DNA of 46,311 nt from Syntrophomonas sp. (GTDB lineage Bacteria > Bacillota > Syntrophomonadia > Syntrophomonadales > Syntrophomonadaceae): positions 1-46,311 of the forward strand of contig JBAYYO010000001.1 in assembly GCA_041672985.1 (NCBI GenBank). Direction: 5' to 3'. The notes below the pieces were generated by a model. The model searched no databases. It saw only the letters and a list, made by a program, of their open reading frames with translations, and was not told the origin of the DNA. This document shows positions 28,603 to 35,939 of this stretch, one piece after another. Position numbers and translations under genes: made by a program. The first letter of the stretch is position 1. Each line of letters starts with the position of its first letter.

Positions 28603-29019
28603 TTAAGGTACAGCACGGTGCCCCAGACCGATTGAAACCTCATCCAGGTGCAGCAAACCAATGCCAAAGAAGATAGCCACACTCACATGGTCATTATATC
28701 GAGCCACCCCTATTTTACCACCAACATTAAGCCCCAGAGCCTTGGGCATAATCTGGGTCACAGCTTCACGGGCAGCGCCAGCCACAGCCCCCTCGTCCGG
28801 GTGGGTATCCTTAATAACTCCTTCACGTTTGGCGGACACCACTGCCCGCTCAACTATTTTGGCTACTGAGGATATGAATTCTCCCCCATAATCGACGGCC
28901 ACGGCCTTAATACCATATTCATTCGCTAATTCCTTTTTTATTTGCGTTTCCTCCGTACGAGATGAAGAAAGAGCCATTCTAATGGCAGCCGTAGCTGCAA
29001 CTTTACTTCCTGCCTCCAT
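28603..29019 (-). CDS. hutP: HutP-family RNA-binding (antiterminator-like) protein
   Basis: 138 aa. The C-terminal half is similar to B. subtilis HutP (GVIKDTHPDEGAVAGAAREA..., VSVAIFFGIGLLHLDEVSIGLGH). GGGGGGG ribosome-binding site. Confidence 0.78.
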   Translation of the reverse strand: MEAGSKVAATAAIRMALSSSRTEETQIKKELANEYGIKAVAVDYGGEFISSVAKIVERAVVSAKREGVIKDTHPDEGAVAGAAREAVTQIMPKALGLNVGGKIGVARYNDHVSVAIFFGIGLLHLDEVSIGLGHRAVP

Positions 29020-29046
29020 AAATATTACCCCCCCTATTCATTTGCC

Positions 29047-29532
29047 TTATTTTACTATAATCTTGCCCACCATTACTACAGTCTGATTGGCAGTAAATGT
29101 CTGCTCCGACTTGGGATAGGCCAGATTTGATGATACTGCTGCAATTTCATACTCGATAGGGAAGTTGTAAGCAGTCGAATCTATCTCTACCGTATCCCCC
29201 GCATCTATTTCAATAGTGACCCTTTTGGCTGAAAAATTATACTTTTCCTGACCATTAATTAAAATCTTAGCTCGCGGCAGAGATGAGAATTTACCAACTT
29301 CTATGATCACCCGAGCTTGCGGTGATATGGCGTCCTCAGCGCCAGGAGCAGCATTTTCCCGGGTTGAAGTCACGGGCATTTGTATAGTTTGACCTTCCAT
29401 TCTTTCCCCCCAGCTAAGGTAAAAACGAATGGGGTCGACCGTCATCAAACCCTGCACCGCTACCATGACCATTATAGTCAATACAATTAATCTTATCAGG
29501 CCTTTTTCCACCCGATTCATAAAATTTTTCAT
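29047..29532 (-). CDS. Hypothetical membrane-anchored protein (single N-terminal TM helix)
   Basis: 161 aa with a hydrophobic segment LIRLIVLTIMVMVAVQGL followed by a beta-rich soluble part. It ends 27 nt upstream of hutP. I do not recognise a family. Confidence 0.6.
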   Translation of the reverse strand: MKNFMNRVEKGLIRLIVLTIMVMVAVQGLMTVDPIRFYLSWGERMEGQTIQMPVTSTRENAAPGAEDAISPQARVIIEVGKFSSLPRAKILINGQEKYNFSAKRVTIEIDAGDTVEIDSTAYNFPIEYEIAAVSSNLAYPKSEQTFTANQTVVMVGKIIVK

Positions 29533-29767
29533 AATACCATCCCCTCAGGCATATATCTCTCCTCTATCTTATGCCCGGCGGAAAGGCTTTATCCACGGAA
29601 TATATCTAATTGGGAAATAACCAGAGTAGCTAAGATTAATCTGCCAAGCTGGTTCATTCCCACAAAATGCTAAACCTTTTACATTGGCAAAGCAACAACA
29701 TAAAAGGTTATTAGCAGAATATTTTGTATTTTGCATCACCGCTGCCCCATGAATATTAACTGTCATT

Positions 29768-29817
29768 CCTCAGAAAACCAGCGTTTTCTGAGGAGTAGAT
29801 ATCCCCGGCAGGGCCGG
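29768..29817 (-). terminator. Two stem-loops after the OFOR operon (11-bp cctcagaaaac/gttttctgagg and 5-bp ccggc/gccgg), probably a U-tract-poor terminator or RNA-end stabiliser
   Basis: Both are perfect inverted repeats immediately 3' of the gamma-subunit stop codon. No canonical U-run follows. Confidence 0.4.
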
Positions 29818-29823
29818 TCATGA

Positions 29824-30375
29824 CTACCAGTTTTCCTTGGCATACTCTACGCCCACTAAAAAGGCTTCTTTGTTTCTCTTAATTATGCTTTGTTTTTTAC
29901 CTTTGAAGATAACCTCAAAATGTTGCAAAGCCTTTTCAGTCGGGACTATATTGGTTTTTTGCAGACAGGCCCCCAGGAGTATCATATTAGCTGCATGGGA
30001 GTTGCCCATATCGTCGGCAATCTGATTTACGGGAATTTCAAAAACGGTTAGGTCATCACGTACAATCGGTCTATCCACCAGCGAAGTGTTGATAACCAAG
30101 GTCCCATTTGGTTTAATCTTGTCCTCAAACCTATCCAAAGAGGGGCGATTCAAAATAATTGCCATACCAGGATGCTCGGTCAATGGGGAGCTAATCTCAT
30201 CGTCGGCAATTGTAACCAGGCAGTTGGCGGTTCCTCCCCGCATTTCTGCTCCATAAGAAGGTAACCAGGAAACATTTTTACCTGCCCCCATGGCTGCATA
30301 GGTTAGAAATTTACCCATTGACAAAACGCCCTGCCCTCCAAAACCGGCAAACAGTACCTGTTTTTCACTATCCAT
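29824..30375 (-). CDS. 2-oxoacid:ferredoxin oxidoreductase gamma subunit
   Basis: 183 aa, LFAGFGGQGVLSMGKFL..., a typical gamma subunit. Confidence 0.88.
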   Translation of the reverse strand: MDSEKQVLFAGFGGQGVLSMGKFLTYAAMGAGKNVSWLPSYGAEMRGGTANCLVTIADDEISSPLTEHPGMAIILNRPSLDRFEDKIKPNGTLVINTSLVDRPIVRDDLTVFEIPVNQIADDMGNSHAANMILLGACLQKTNIVPTEKALQHFEVIFKGKKQSIIKRNKEAFLVGVEYAKENW

Positions 30376-30380
30376 GCTGC

Positions 30381-31121
30381 TTATGCCTCCTTGATCTTGA
30401 ATTCACCCAATGGATAATAGGGAATCATGTTTTCTTCCAGCCATTTAAATGCATCAATTGGACCTAATCCCCAGTTAGTAGGACAAGTAGACAAAACTTC
30501 TACCAGTGAAAAGCCCAGACCCTTCATTTGGGTTTGCAAGGCTTTTTTTATCGATTTCTTGGCCTTGATTACATTGGCCGGGTTGTTGACTGCCACCCGG
30601 CTAATATAGGCAGACCCCTCATTGGTGGCCAATAATTCTGCCATTCGAATCGGATATCCTGCCTCTTCTTTCTTCCGTCCGTAAGGCGAGGTAGTTGTTA
30701 CTTGTCCCAATAAGGTCGTGGGAGCCATCTGCCCACCGGTCATACCATATATGGTGTTGTTCACAAAAACCACGGAAATGTTCTCACCGCGTGCTGAAGC
30801 GTGCACAATTTCAGCCATCCCTATAGATGCCAGGTCACCATCACCCTGGTAAGTCAGGACGCAGCGATCCGGCAATATCCTCTTGATCCCGGTAGCAATT
30901 GCCGGGGCTCGCCCATGGGCTGCTTCCAGCATATCAAAGTTAAAATAATCATACGCCAGGACCGAACAACCAACTGGACAAATGCCGATAGTATTCTCGC
31001 GCATATTCATTTCATCAATACATTCTGCGACCAATCTATGTATAATACCATGGGTACACCCAGGACAATAATGAGTTTTGGCAGAAGTAAGGCTCTGCGG
31101 TCTCCGGGCTACAATTTTCAT
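30381..31121 (-). CDS. 2-oxoacid:ferredoxin oxidoreductase beta subunit (TPP-binding)
   Basis: 246 aa. It has the N-terminal Cys ligands (YCPGCTHG) and the TPP motif GDGDLASIG. Confidence 0.9.
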   Translation of the reverse strand: MKIVARRPQSLTSAKTHYCPGCTHGIIHRLVAECIDEMNMRENTIGICPVGCSVLAYDYFNFDMLEAAHGRAPAIATGIKRILPDRCVLTYQGDGDLASIGMAEIVHASARGENISVVFVNNTIYGMTGGQMAPTTLLGQVTTTSPYGRKKEEAGYPIRMAELLATNEGSAYISRVAVNNPANVIKAKKSIKKALQTQMKGLGFSLVEVLSTCPTNWGLGPIDAFKWLEENMIPYYPLGEFKIKEA

Positions 31122-32176
31122 TAGAATCCCTCCCTTTCGGCCAGCATAATAATCTGCCCGGCTATTTCCTCAGGACTGGGAATCATACCTATTCTACCGT
31201 AGAACTCTACGGGCACTTTACCATTTACAGCCAGTCGGACATCATCGATCATCTGCCCCATGCTTATTTCCACTGCCAGGAACATTTTGGCGCTCTGCGC
31301 AGCATTTCTAATCTCCTCTTCAGGAAATGGCCACAGAGTAATCGGCCTGATTAACCCTACTTTATGCCCTTTTTTGCGCACTTCCATAATCGCTTTCTTG
31401 ACAATACGCGACATAAGTCCAAAAGCAACCACCACTAGATCCGCATCTTCGGTCAAAAAGGCGGCGGCTTTCTGTTCATTGGCTTTTATTAAAGAATATT
31501 TTTCGCCTAATACATGATTGCGATGCTCCAAGAATTCCGGGGACAAATGCAGCGTATTCACAACATTAGGGGCTCTGCCTTTACAACCGTTAACAGCCCA
31601 GGGTTTATCGATAAAATGGGTAACCTTGGCACGTGGAATCACCGGTTCCATCATCTGCCCCAGGGTTCCTTCAGCCATTATCATTACTGGTATGCGATAC
31701 TTATCAGCCAAATCAAAAGCATCCATGGCGAAATCCATCATTTCCTGAACGGAAGAGGGCGCCAGCACCATGATATGAAAGTCACCGTGACCTCCACCGC
31801 GAGTTGCCTGCCAGTAATCGGACTGGGCTGGCTGTATCCCTCCCAGTCCCGGCCCGCCCCGGGAGATATTAACAATCAAGCAGGGCAGCTCTGCTTCCGA
31901 GATAAATGATATTCCTTCAGATTTCAAGCTTATCCCCGGCCCGGAAGAAGCTGTCATAACCCTCGCTCCGGTTGAGGCCCCGCCATAGACCATGTTTATT
32001 GCGGCCAGTTCACTTTCGGCCTGTACAAAGGTTCCCCCCAGAAGGGGAAACTTTCTAGCCATATATTCTGCAATCTCGCTGGAGGGAGTGATCGGATAAC
32101 CAAAAAAAGCAATACATCCTGCGGTAAGCGCTCCTTCAGCCAGTGCTTCATTACCTTTCATCAATACCTTTTCCAT
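31121..32176 (-). CDS. 2-oxoacid:ferredoxin oxidoreductase alpha subunit
   Basis: 351 aa, KGNEALAEGALTAGCIAFFGYPITPSSEI... The TAATG stop/start overlap links it to the beta subunit. Confidence 0.9.
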   Translation of the reverse strand: MEKVLMKGNEALAEGALTAGCIAFFGYPITPSSEIAEYMARKFPLLGGTFVQAESELAAINMVYGGASTGARVMTASSGPGISLKSEGISFISEAELPCLIVNISRGGPGLGGIQPAQSDYWQATRGGGHGDFHIMVLAPSSVQEMMDFAMDAFDLADKYRIPVMIMAEGTLGQMMEPVIPRAKVTHFIDKPWAVNGCKGRAPNVVNTLHLSPEFLEHRNHVLGEKYSLIKANEQKAAAFLTEDADLVVVAFGLMSRIVKKAIMEVRKKGHKVGLIRPITLWPFPEEEIRNAAQSAKMFLAVEISMGQMIDDVRLAVNGKVPVEFYGRIGMIPSPEEIAGQIIMLAEREGF

Positions 32177-32180
32177 ACCA

Positions 32181-32396
32181 TCACTCCCTTTCTACCTCGA
32201 TCACTAAATCGGGACACATGAGAGCACAAATCCCGCATCCCGTACAGCTATCCGGCAGCAGGTCTGTAACCGGATGGTAACCTTGAGCATTGATTCTGTC
32301 CATGTCCAACCCCAGCACATCCTTGGGGCAGAAATGGACACATAGTTCGCAGGCCTTGCATTCTTCCACATAAAACCTGACTCTTCCCTTTGCCAT
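32181..32396 (-). CDS. 2-oxoacid:ferredoxin oxidoreductase delta subunit (2x[4Fe-4S] ferredoxin)
   Basis: 71 aa with CKACELCVHFCP and CTGCGICALMCP. Confidence 0.85.
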   Translation of the reverse strand: MAKGRVRFYVEECKACELCVHFCPKDVLGLDMDRINAQGYHPVTDLLPDSCTGCGICALMCPDLVIEVERE

Positions 32397-32420
32397 ACTG
32401 CATTCCCCCTTCAGAGCATC

Positions 32421-33083
32421 CTACAGCCATTCAGGCTTTAAATATAAATTAATTACCTTTAATAATTCTTTATAGTCGGGATAAAGTTCCGTGTAGAATC
32501 TTCTTTCTACAGTCAGATACCTAATCGGTATATTCAGGGCTGTACTAAAACCCGCAACCTTTTCGTGCCCGCCCCGAATAACAGCAGTGCTCGTCTCCTG
32601 CAGTAAATTAGGATTGCTTACAATACCGGTGAACTTGATATGGGCCGCCCTCTCCAGTTGATCCCTCAATAGAATCACACTTTCCAAATCCTGAGCAAAC
32701 GGTCGATAAGGATTCAATACCAGTAAAAAATCATAAGTAGGGCGAGCTAGTATGTATTTACTCAAATAACCTAGCACCAAAGATCCAACTTCATCGCCAG
32801 CCACATCGATAACCATATTATTTTCCTGCCTGATCAAGCCAATTATTTCAGAAGGTATGGCGGGCACATCTCCGAAGGACAAATCCCCGGCCGGGGCTAC
32901 CAGCCTGATACCGGCCAGCCTGAGTGCATCATAAAGATCTCTGGAAGCAAAATAGGGGTTAACCAAATCCAAATCTGCCAGAATCACATCTGAAGAAATT
33001 GCTGCCATCTGCATGGCATGATTTAGAGCGAGTTCCGATTTGCCACTGCCAAATCCACCCGCGTAAATAGTCATATTTGCCAA
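32421..33083 (-). CDS. Uncharacterised P-loop NTPase (SIMIBI/MinD-ParA-CooC-like), first gene of the OFOR operon
   Basis: 220 aa. It has a Walker A (YAGGFGSGKSE), a switch-like ADLDLVNP and a Walker B-like MVIDVAGDE. The gap to the delta subunit is 24 nt. TTG start. Confidence 0.65.
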   Translation of the reverse strand: MANMTIYAGGFGSGKSELALNHAMQMAAISSDVILADLDLVNPYFASRDLYDALRLAGIRLVAPAGDLSFGDVPAIPSEIIGLIRQENNMVIDVAGDEVGSLVLGYLSKYILARPTYDFLLVLNPYRPFAQDLESVILLRDQLERAAHIKFTGIVSNPNLLQETSTAVIRGGHEKVAGFSTALNIPIRYLTVERRFYTELYPDYKELLKVINLYLKPEWL

Positions 33084-33165
33084 CTAATTACCCTTTCTTA
33101 GCAGATCTTATTGAGTAATAATATTAGATTAAGATAAGACGAAAAGCAATAAATAATTTTATATT

Positions 33166-33190
33166 AAAAAATGGCTCTTTAAAGCCATTT
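33166..33190 (-). terminator. Intrinsic terminator of the 145-aa gene
   Basis: Stem (aa)atggct / agccat(tt), followed on the minus strand by a T-run. Confidence 0.6.
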
Positions 33191-33260
33191 CAATCTGATA
33201 AACAAAATCTACACTGCCAAGAATTTATGCATTTATAAATTGGAGGTAAATTGGGGACGG

Positions 33261-33698
33261 CTATTTCCAAGTATCAACCTTGCGGAAAATATACTCTTTA
33301 TATTCTGATAGTTCCAGGCTTATCCTGAACAGCAGTTTCTCCATATCACTTTTGGAAAGCACTAACTCTTCGGGTTCGATAATTTCTACGGTTCTAAATT
33401 CTTCCTTCACTATAAATTTTATGGCATCTTCAATGCTATCCGCATAAAAGGTAATCACTACCGGTGCATAAGCCATCTTCTTACCGGTGATATCATCAAT
33501 TAGAGAATAAATATCCTGGCTCATATCTATGTCTTCGATGCTAATCCCTTGTACCGGCACATTTCTCATCATAGTAACCTTATGCTGTCGGGCATCGTCG
33601 GCAAGTTGCTCCAAATTCTTGTTCCCAAAAAGTTTGCCCGATTTAGCTTTACCGACATAATCAAAACGCAGCTTAATTTTTATTGCAGGCAAAATCAT
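33261..33698 (-). CDS. Hypothetical protein, 145 aa, acidic, family not recognised
   Basis: It has a GGAG ribosome-binding site, a possible promoter of its own (TAATAT) and its own terminator. There is no transmembrane segment and no obvious motif. Confidence 0.55.
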   Translation of the reverse strand: MILPAIKIKLRFDYVGKAKSGKLFGNKNLEQLADDARQHKVTMMRNVPVQGISIEDIDMSQDIYSLIDDITGKKMAYAPVVITFYADSIEDAIKFIVKEEFRTVEIIEPEELVLSKSDMEKLLFRISLELSEYKEYIFRKVDTWK

Positions 33699-33780
33699 CC
33701 AACTCCTGTTCCTCAGTCTATATTATCCTGGACTAACTCCTATGACTAAATTATGGCTCCAAATTAAGAGGTTAGGCCGG

Positions 33781-34515
33781 CTAAACCTGCGGAGATTGAG
33801 ATTCATTCTCGGCCATTGCTTTCAAAAGCTCAACTTCTTCCTGGCGCAGGAAGCGGTACTGCCCCTTGTCCAAGCCCTCCAGAGTCAGCAATCCTACACC
33901 GGTTCGCTTGAGGCTTATTACCGGGTGCCCTACTGCCGCGCACATCCTCTTTACCTGTCTCTTGCGGCCCTCATGGATAGTCATTTCAATCATCGAAGTC
34001 CTGTCATCCCGTTCTATCACGTGCACATCCGCTGGGGCAGTAACACCATCTTCCAATTCGACCCCTTCCCGCAGGGTTCTCAGTTCGTCATCCTTAATAA
34101 ATCCTGTCACCCAGGCCTGGTATTTCTTATCTATTTTATAGCGGGGGTGAATTATAAGATTAGAAAACTGTCCGTCATTGGTCAGCAACAGGATTCCTTC
34201 GGTGTCATAATCCAGCCGCCCCACTGGATAAATGCGCTCCTTCACCTCGGCTGCCAATTCCAATACCGTAGATCGACCCTGGGGGTCATAGACGGTACTA
34301 ATAAAGCCGGCTGGTTTATACAGCAAAATGTAAACAGGGTCTTCCTCAACAACTGAATGCCCATCAAACTCAATACAATCAGATTGAGGATCTACCTTCG
34401 TAGCTGCCTCTCTCACCACACAACCGTTAATCCTAACTCTTCCTTGCGTAATTAATACTTCCGCCTGGCGGCGCGAAGCAATCCCAGCATGGGCCAAGTA
34501 TTTTGCCAGCCTCAA
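33781..34515 (-). CDS. rluB: 23S rRNA pseudouridine synthase (RsuA/RluB family) with an S4 domain
   Basis: MRLAKYLAHAGIASRRQAE (S4 domain), with the catalytic motif GRLDYDTEGILLLTNDG. TTG start with AGGAAGG upstream. Confidence 0.88.
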   Translation of the reverse strand: MRLAKYLAHAGIASRRQAEVLITQGRVRINGCVVREAATKVDPQSDCIEFDGHSVVEEDPVYILLYKPAGFISTVYDPQGRSTVLELAAEVKERIYPVGRLDYDTEGILLLTNDGQFSNLIIHPRYKIDKKYQAWVTGFIKDDELRTLREGVELEDGVTAPADVHVIERDDRTSMIEMTIHEGRKRQVKRMCAAVGHPVISLKRTGVGLLTLEGLDKGQYRFLRQEEVELLKAMAENESQSPQV

Positions 34516-34672
34516 TTATAACCTTCCTTTGTACGTTATTCATGTCACCACTTGTGCAACTATTATACTAATTCTTCTCCAAAAAGTATAATATTCCTCC
34601 TGTTTCAGCCACATTACGCAAAATATAGGCCGAGGAAAACAAAAAACCTTCAAAATACGATCATTTGGTTCT

Positions 34673-35521
34673 CTATGATGAAATACTCATTTTAACGCCC
34701 ATATCTACTGGCCGGCCAAAATAAACAGCTGAGGTTACTAGGGCATCAACCCCGGTCTGGGCAAATGTTTGCACATTGCTTTCATTAATCCCGCCCGCGG
34801 CGAGTATGGTGATCCCGGCATCAATCCCCCTGATTATTTCCACCGCCTTTCTTAATTCCAGCGGGGATATTTTGTCAAACTGTACACCATCTGCCCCCGC
34901 CTGGCATACTCTGACCGCATCATCGATTGTTTTTACCTCTATAACAACCTTCTTTTCCCGGTTGCGTAATTTTATATCCTTAAGCCTCTCCAGCAGGCCA
35001 TCCAAGCCTCCTAAAAATTCCAGGTGCTGTTCGAAAATCAGAATGGTTTCCGATAATCCCAGCCTGTGCGGCAGCCCTCCCCCGGCTATAACCGCTTTGG
35101 TACTCATTTCTTTGGTACCAGGAAAGACCTTGCGGGTGGCAGTGATTTCAATGTTCGGATTGACTTCTCGGGCTTTCTCCACCATCCTCCTGGTGCGGGT
35201 AGCTATCCCTGAAACATGCTCCAAAACATTCAAAGATACTCTCCAGGCCATATGGAGGTCCTCTGCCTTACCCTCCGCTCCTATTATGATGCTTTGTGGT
35301 TTGACCGCTGTTCCTGAGGCCAAATATTCCAAAGGGGTAATATTAAGCTTGTGAAATATCTTGAGCACCTCTTCAGTGCCGCATATTACCGCTTCTTCCC
35401 GGCAGATATACTCCATCTTCCCTTTTTGCCCGGCCATATTCAAAACCAGCGAGGTCAGGTCTATATAGGGTATATCTTCCTTAATAAATCTTTCAATCGT
35501 TGCATCCGCAATAAACATCAT
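34673..35521 (-). CDS. modD: ModD-like protein (QPRTase-fold paralog, putative molybdenum utilisation protein)
   Basis: Quinolinate-phosphoribosyltransferase fold. It has the ModD-type 'LSETILIFEQH' where NadC has 'D.vLIKDNH'. I prefer ATG 35521 (GAAGGAGG 8 nt upstream); the ORF-track TTG at 35539 lies inside that ribosome-binding site. Confidence 0.72.
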   Translation of the reverse strand: MMFIADATIERFIKEDIPYIDLTSLVLNMAGQKGKMEYICREEAVICGTEEVLKIFHKLNITPLEYLASGTAVKPQSIIIGAEGKAEDLHMAWRVSLNVLEHVSGIATRTRRMVEKAREVNPNIEITATRKVFPGTKEMSTKAVIAGGGLPHRLGLSETILIFEQHLEFLGGLDGLLERLKDIKLRNREKKVVIEVKTIDDAVRVCQAGADGVQFDKISPLELRKAVEIIRGIDAGITILAAGGINESNVQTFAQTGVDALVTSAVYFGRPVDMGVKMSISS

Positions 35522-35676
35522 AAATTTAGCCTCCTTCAATTCTCGTTTCTAAATCGGACTGTCAGTTTGATAAACGCAATCTTACAATAACAGCATAATA
35601 CCATAATTTATCCCCATATGTTTTTACATAACGGCAGGATTTAATGCAATAGTCAACGAATAACTATAAAAATATA

Positions 35677-35775
35677 TTTATCTTCGAGTTTGGCTGCCTG
35701 TGGTTGCAGCTATGGCAACCAAACCGATTGGGTTCAAGCGGAAACGATTGGGCCTCCCGTTGCGGAAAGAAGATA
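35677..35775 (+). promoter_or_regulatory. Candidate riboswitch aptamer, Moco (molybdenum/tungsten cofactor) RNA motif-like
   Basis: P1 is ttatcttc/gaagatag. After 5' CUUCGAG comes the helix gtttgg/ccaaac enclosing CUAUGG. A hairpin at 35733-35750 is capped by a GAAA tetraloop. The 3' segment is GGGCCUCCC-GUUG-CGGAAAG. These match my recollection of the Moco motif (CCGAG, GCCUCCC, GGAAAGG, GNRA plus receptor). This has not been verified with a covariance model. Confidence 0.5.
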
Positions 35776-35798
35776 GGCAGTGGTTACTTATCTCCGTG

Positions 35799-35827
35799 GC
35801 GATTTGTTTTTATACAAATCGTTTTTT
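35799..35827 (+). terminator. Intrinsic terminator forming the expression platform of the leader
   Basis: A perfect 8-bp stem cgatttgt/acaaatcg with a 6-nt loop, followed by T7. It lies 113 nt upstream of the next start codon. Confidence 0.7.
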
Positions 35828-35939
35828 TGTACCCGAGTGGGCACAGGTAAAAGAAGCCTATCTGGAAACCGAAAACTTGTTTGCCTGGATGTTGGTGCTT
35901 TGAACCAGACATTTGGGCTAGAAAGGATTGGATTATATC

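Noticed and set aside
29569-29766. A 65-aa minus-strand ORF in the 291-nt region upstream of the hutP operon.
   Set aside because: The ribosome-binding-site spacing is 1 nt. The Cys/Asn-rich translation is implausible, and the ORF starts inside the OFOR terminator hairpin region.
28505-29823. Canonical HutP binding sites (two sets of three UAG triplets with 4-nt spacers) near the hutP homolog.
   Set aside because: Isolated UAGs occur, but there is no regularly spaced triplet array in either the 98-nt hutP-aroH spacer or the 291-nt leader. The RNA target, if any, is not evident here.
33742-35354. Long plus-strand ORFs (204 aa at 33742-34356 and 192 aa at 34776-35354) antisense to rluB and modD. 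Similar antisense ORFs occur at 15635-16123, 22903-23415 and 36605-37135.
   Set aside because: All lie fully antisense to genes with clear family signatures. They have no ribosome-binding sites and have low-complexity, Ser/Pro/Arg-rich translations typical of antisense frames.
35690-35800. A cobalamin riboswitch on the minus strand regulating modD. The reverse complement contains CCACUGCC, reminiscent of the GCCACUG core.
   Set aside because: Apart from that heptamer, no other B12-box or conserved junction elements could be found. On the minus strand the hairpin/poly-T is in the wrong orientation, with the A-run before the stem. The plus-strand model explains more of the sequence.
35700-35903. 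The 67-aa ORF from the track in the modD / trmO-fmdE spacer.
   Set aside because: It has no ribosome-binding site. It starts inside the proposed aptamer helix and reads straight through the stem-plus-T7 terminator. Its composition is explained by the structured RNA.
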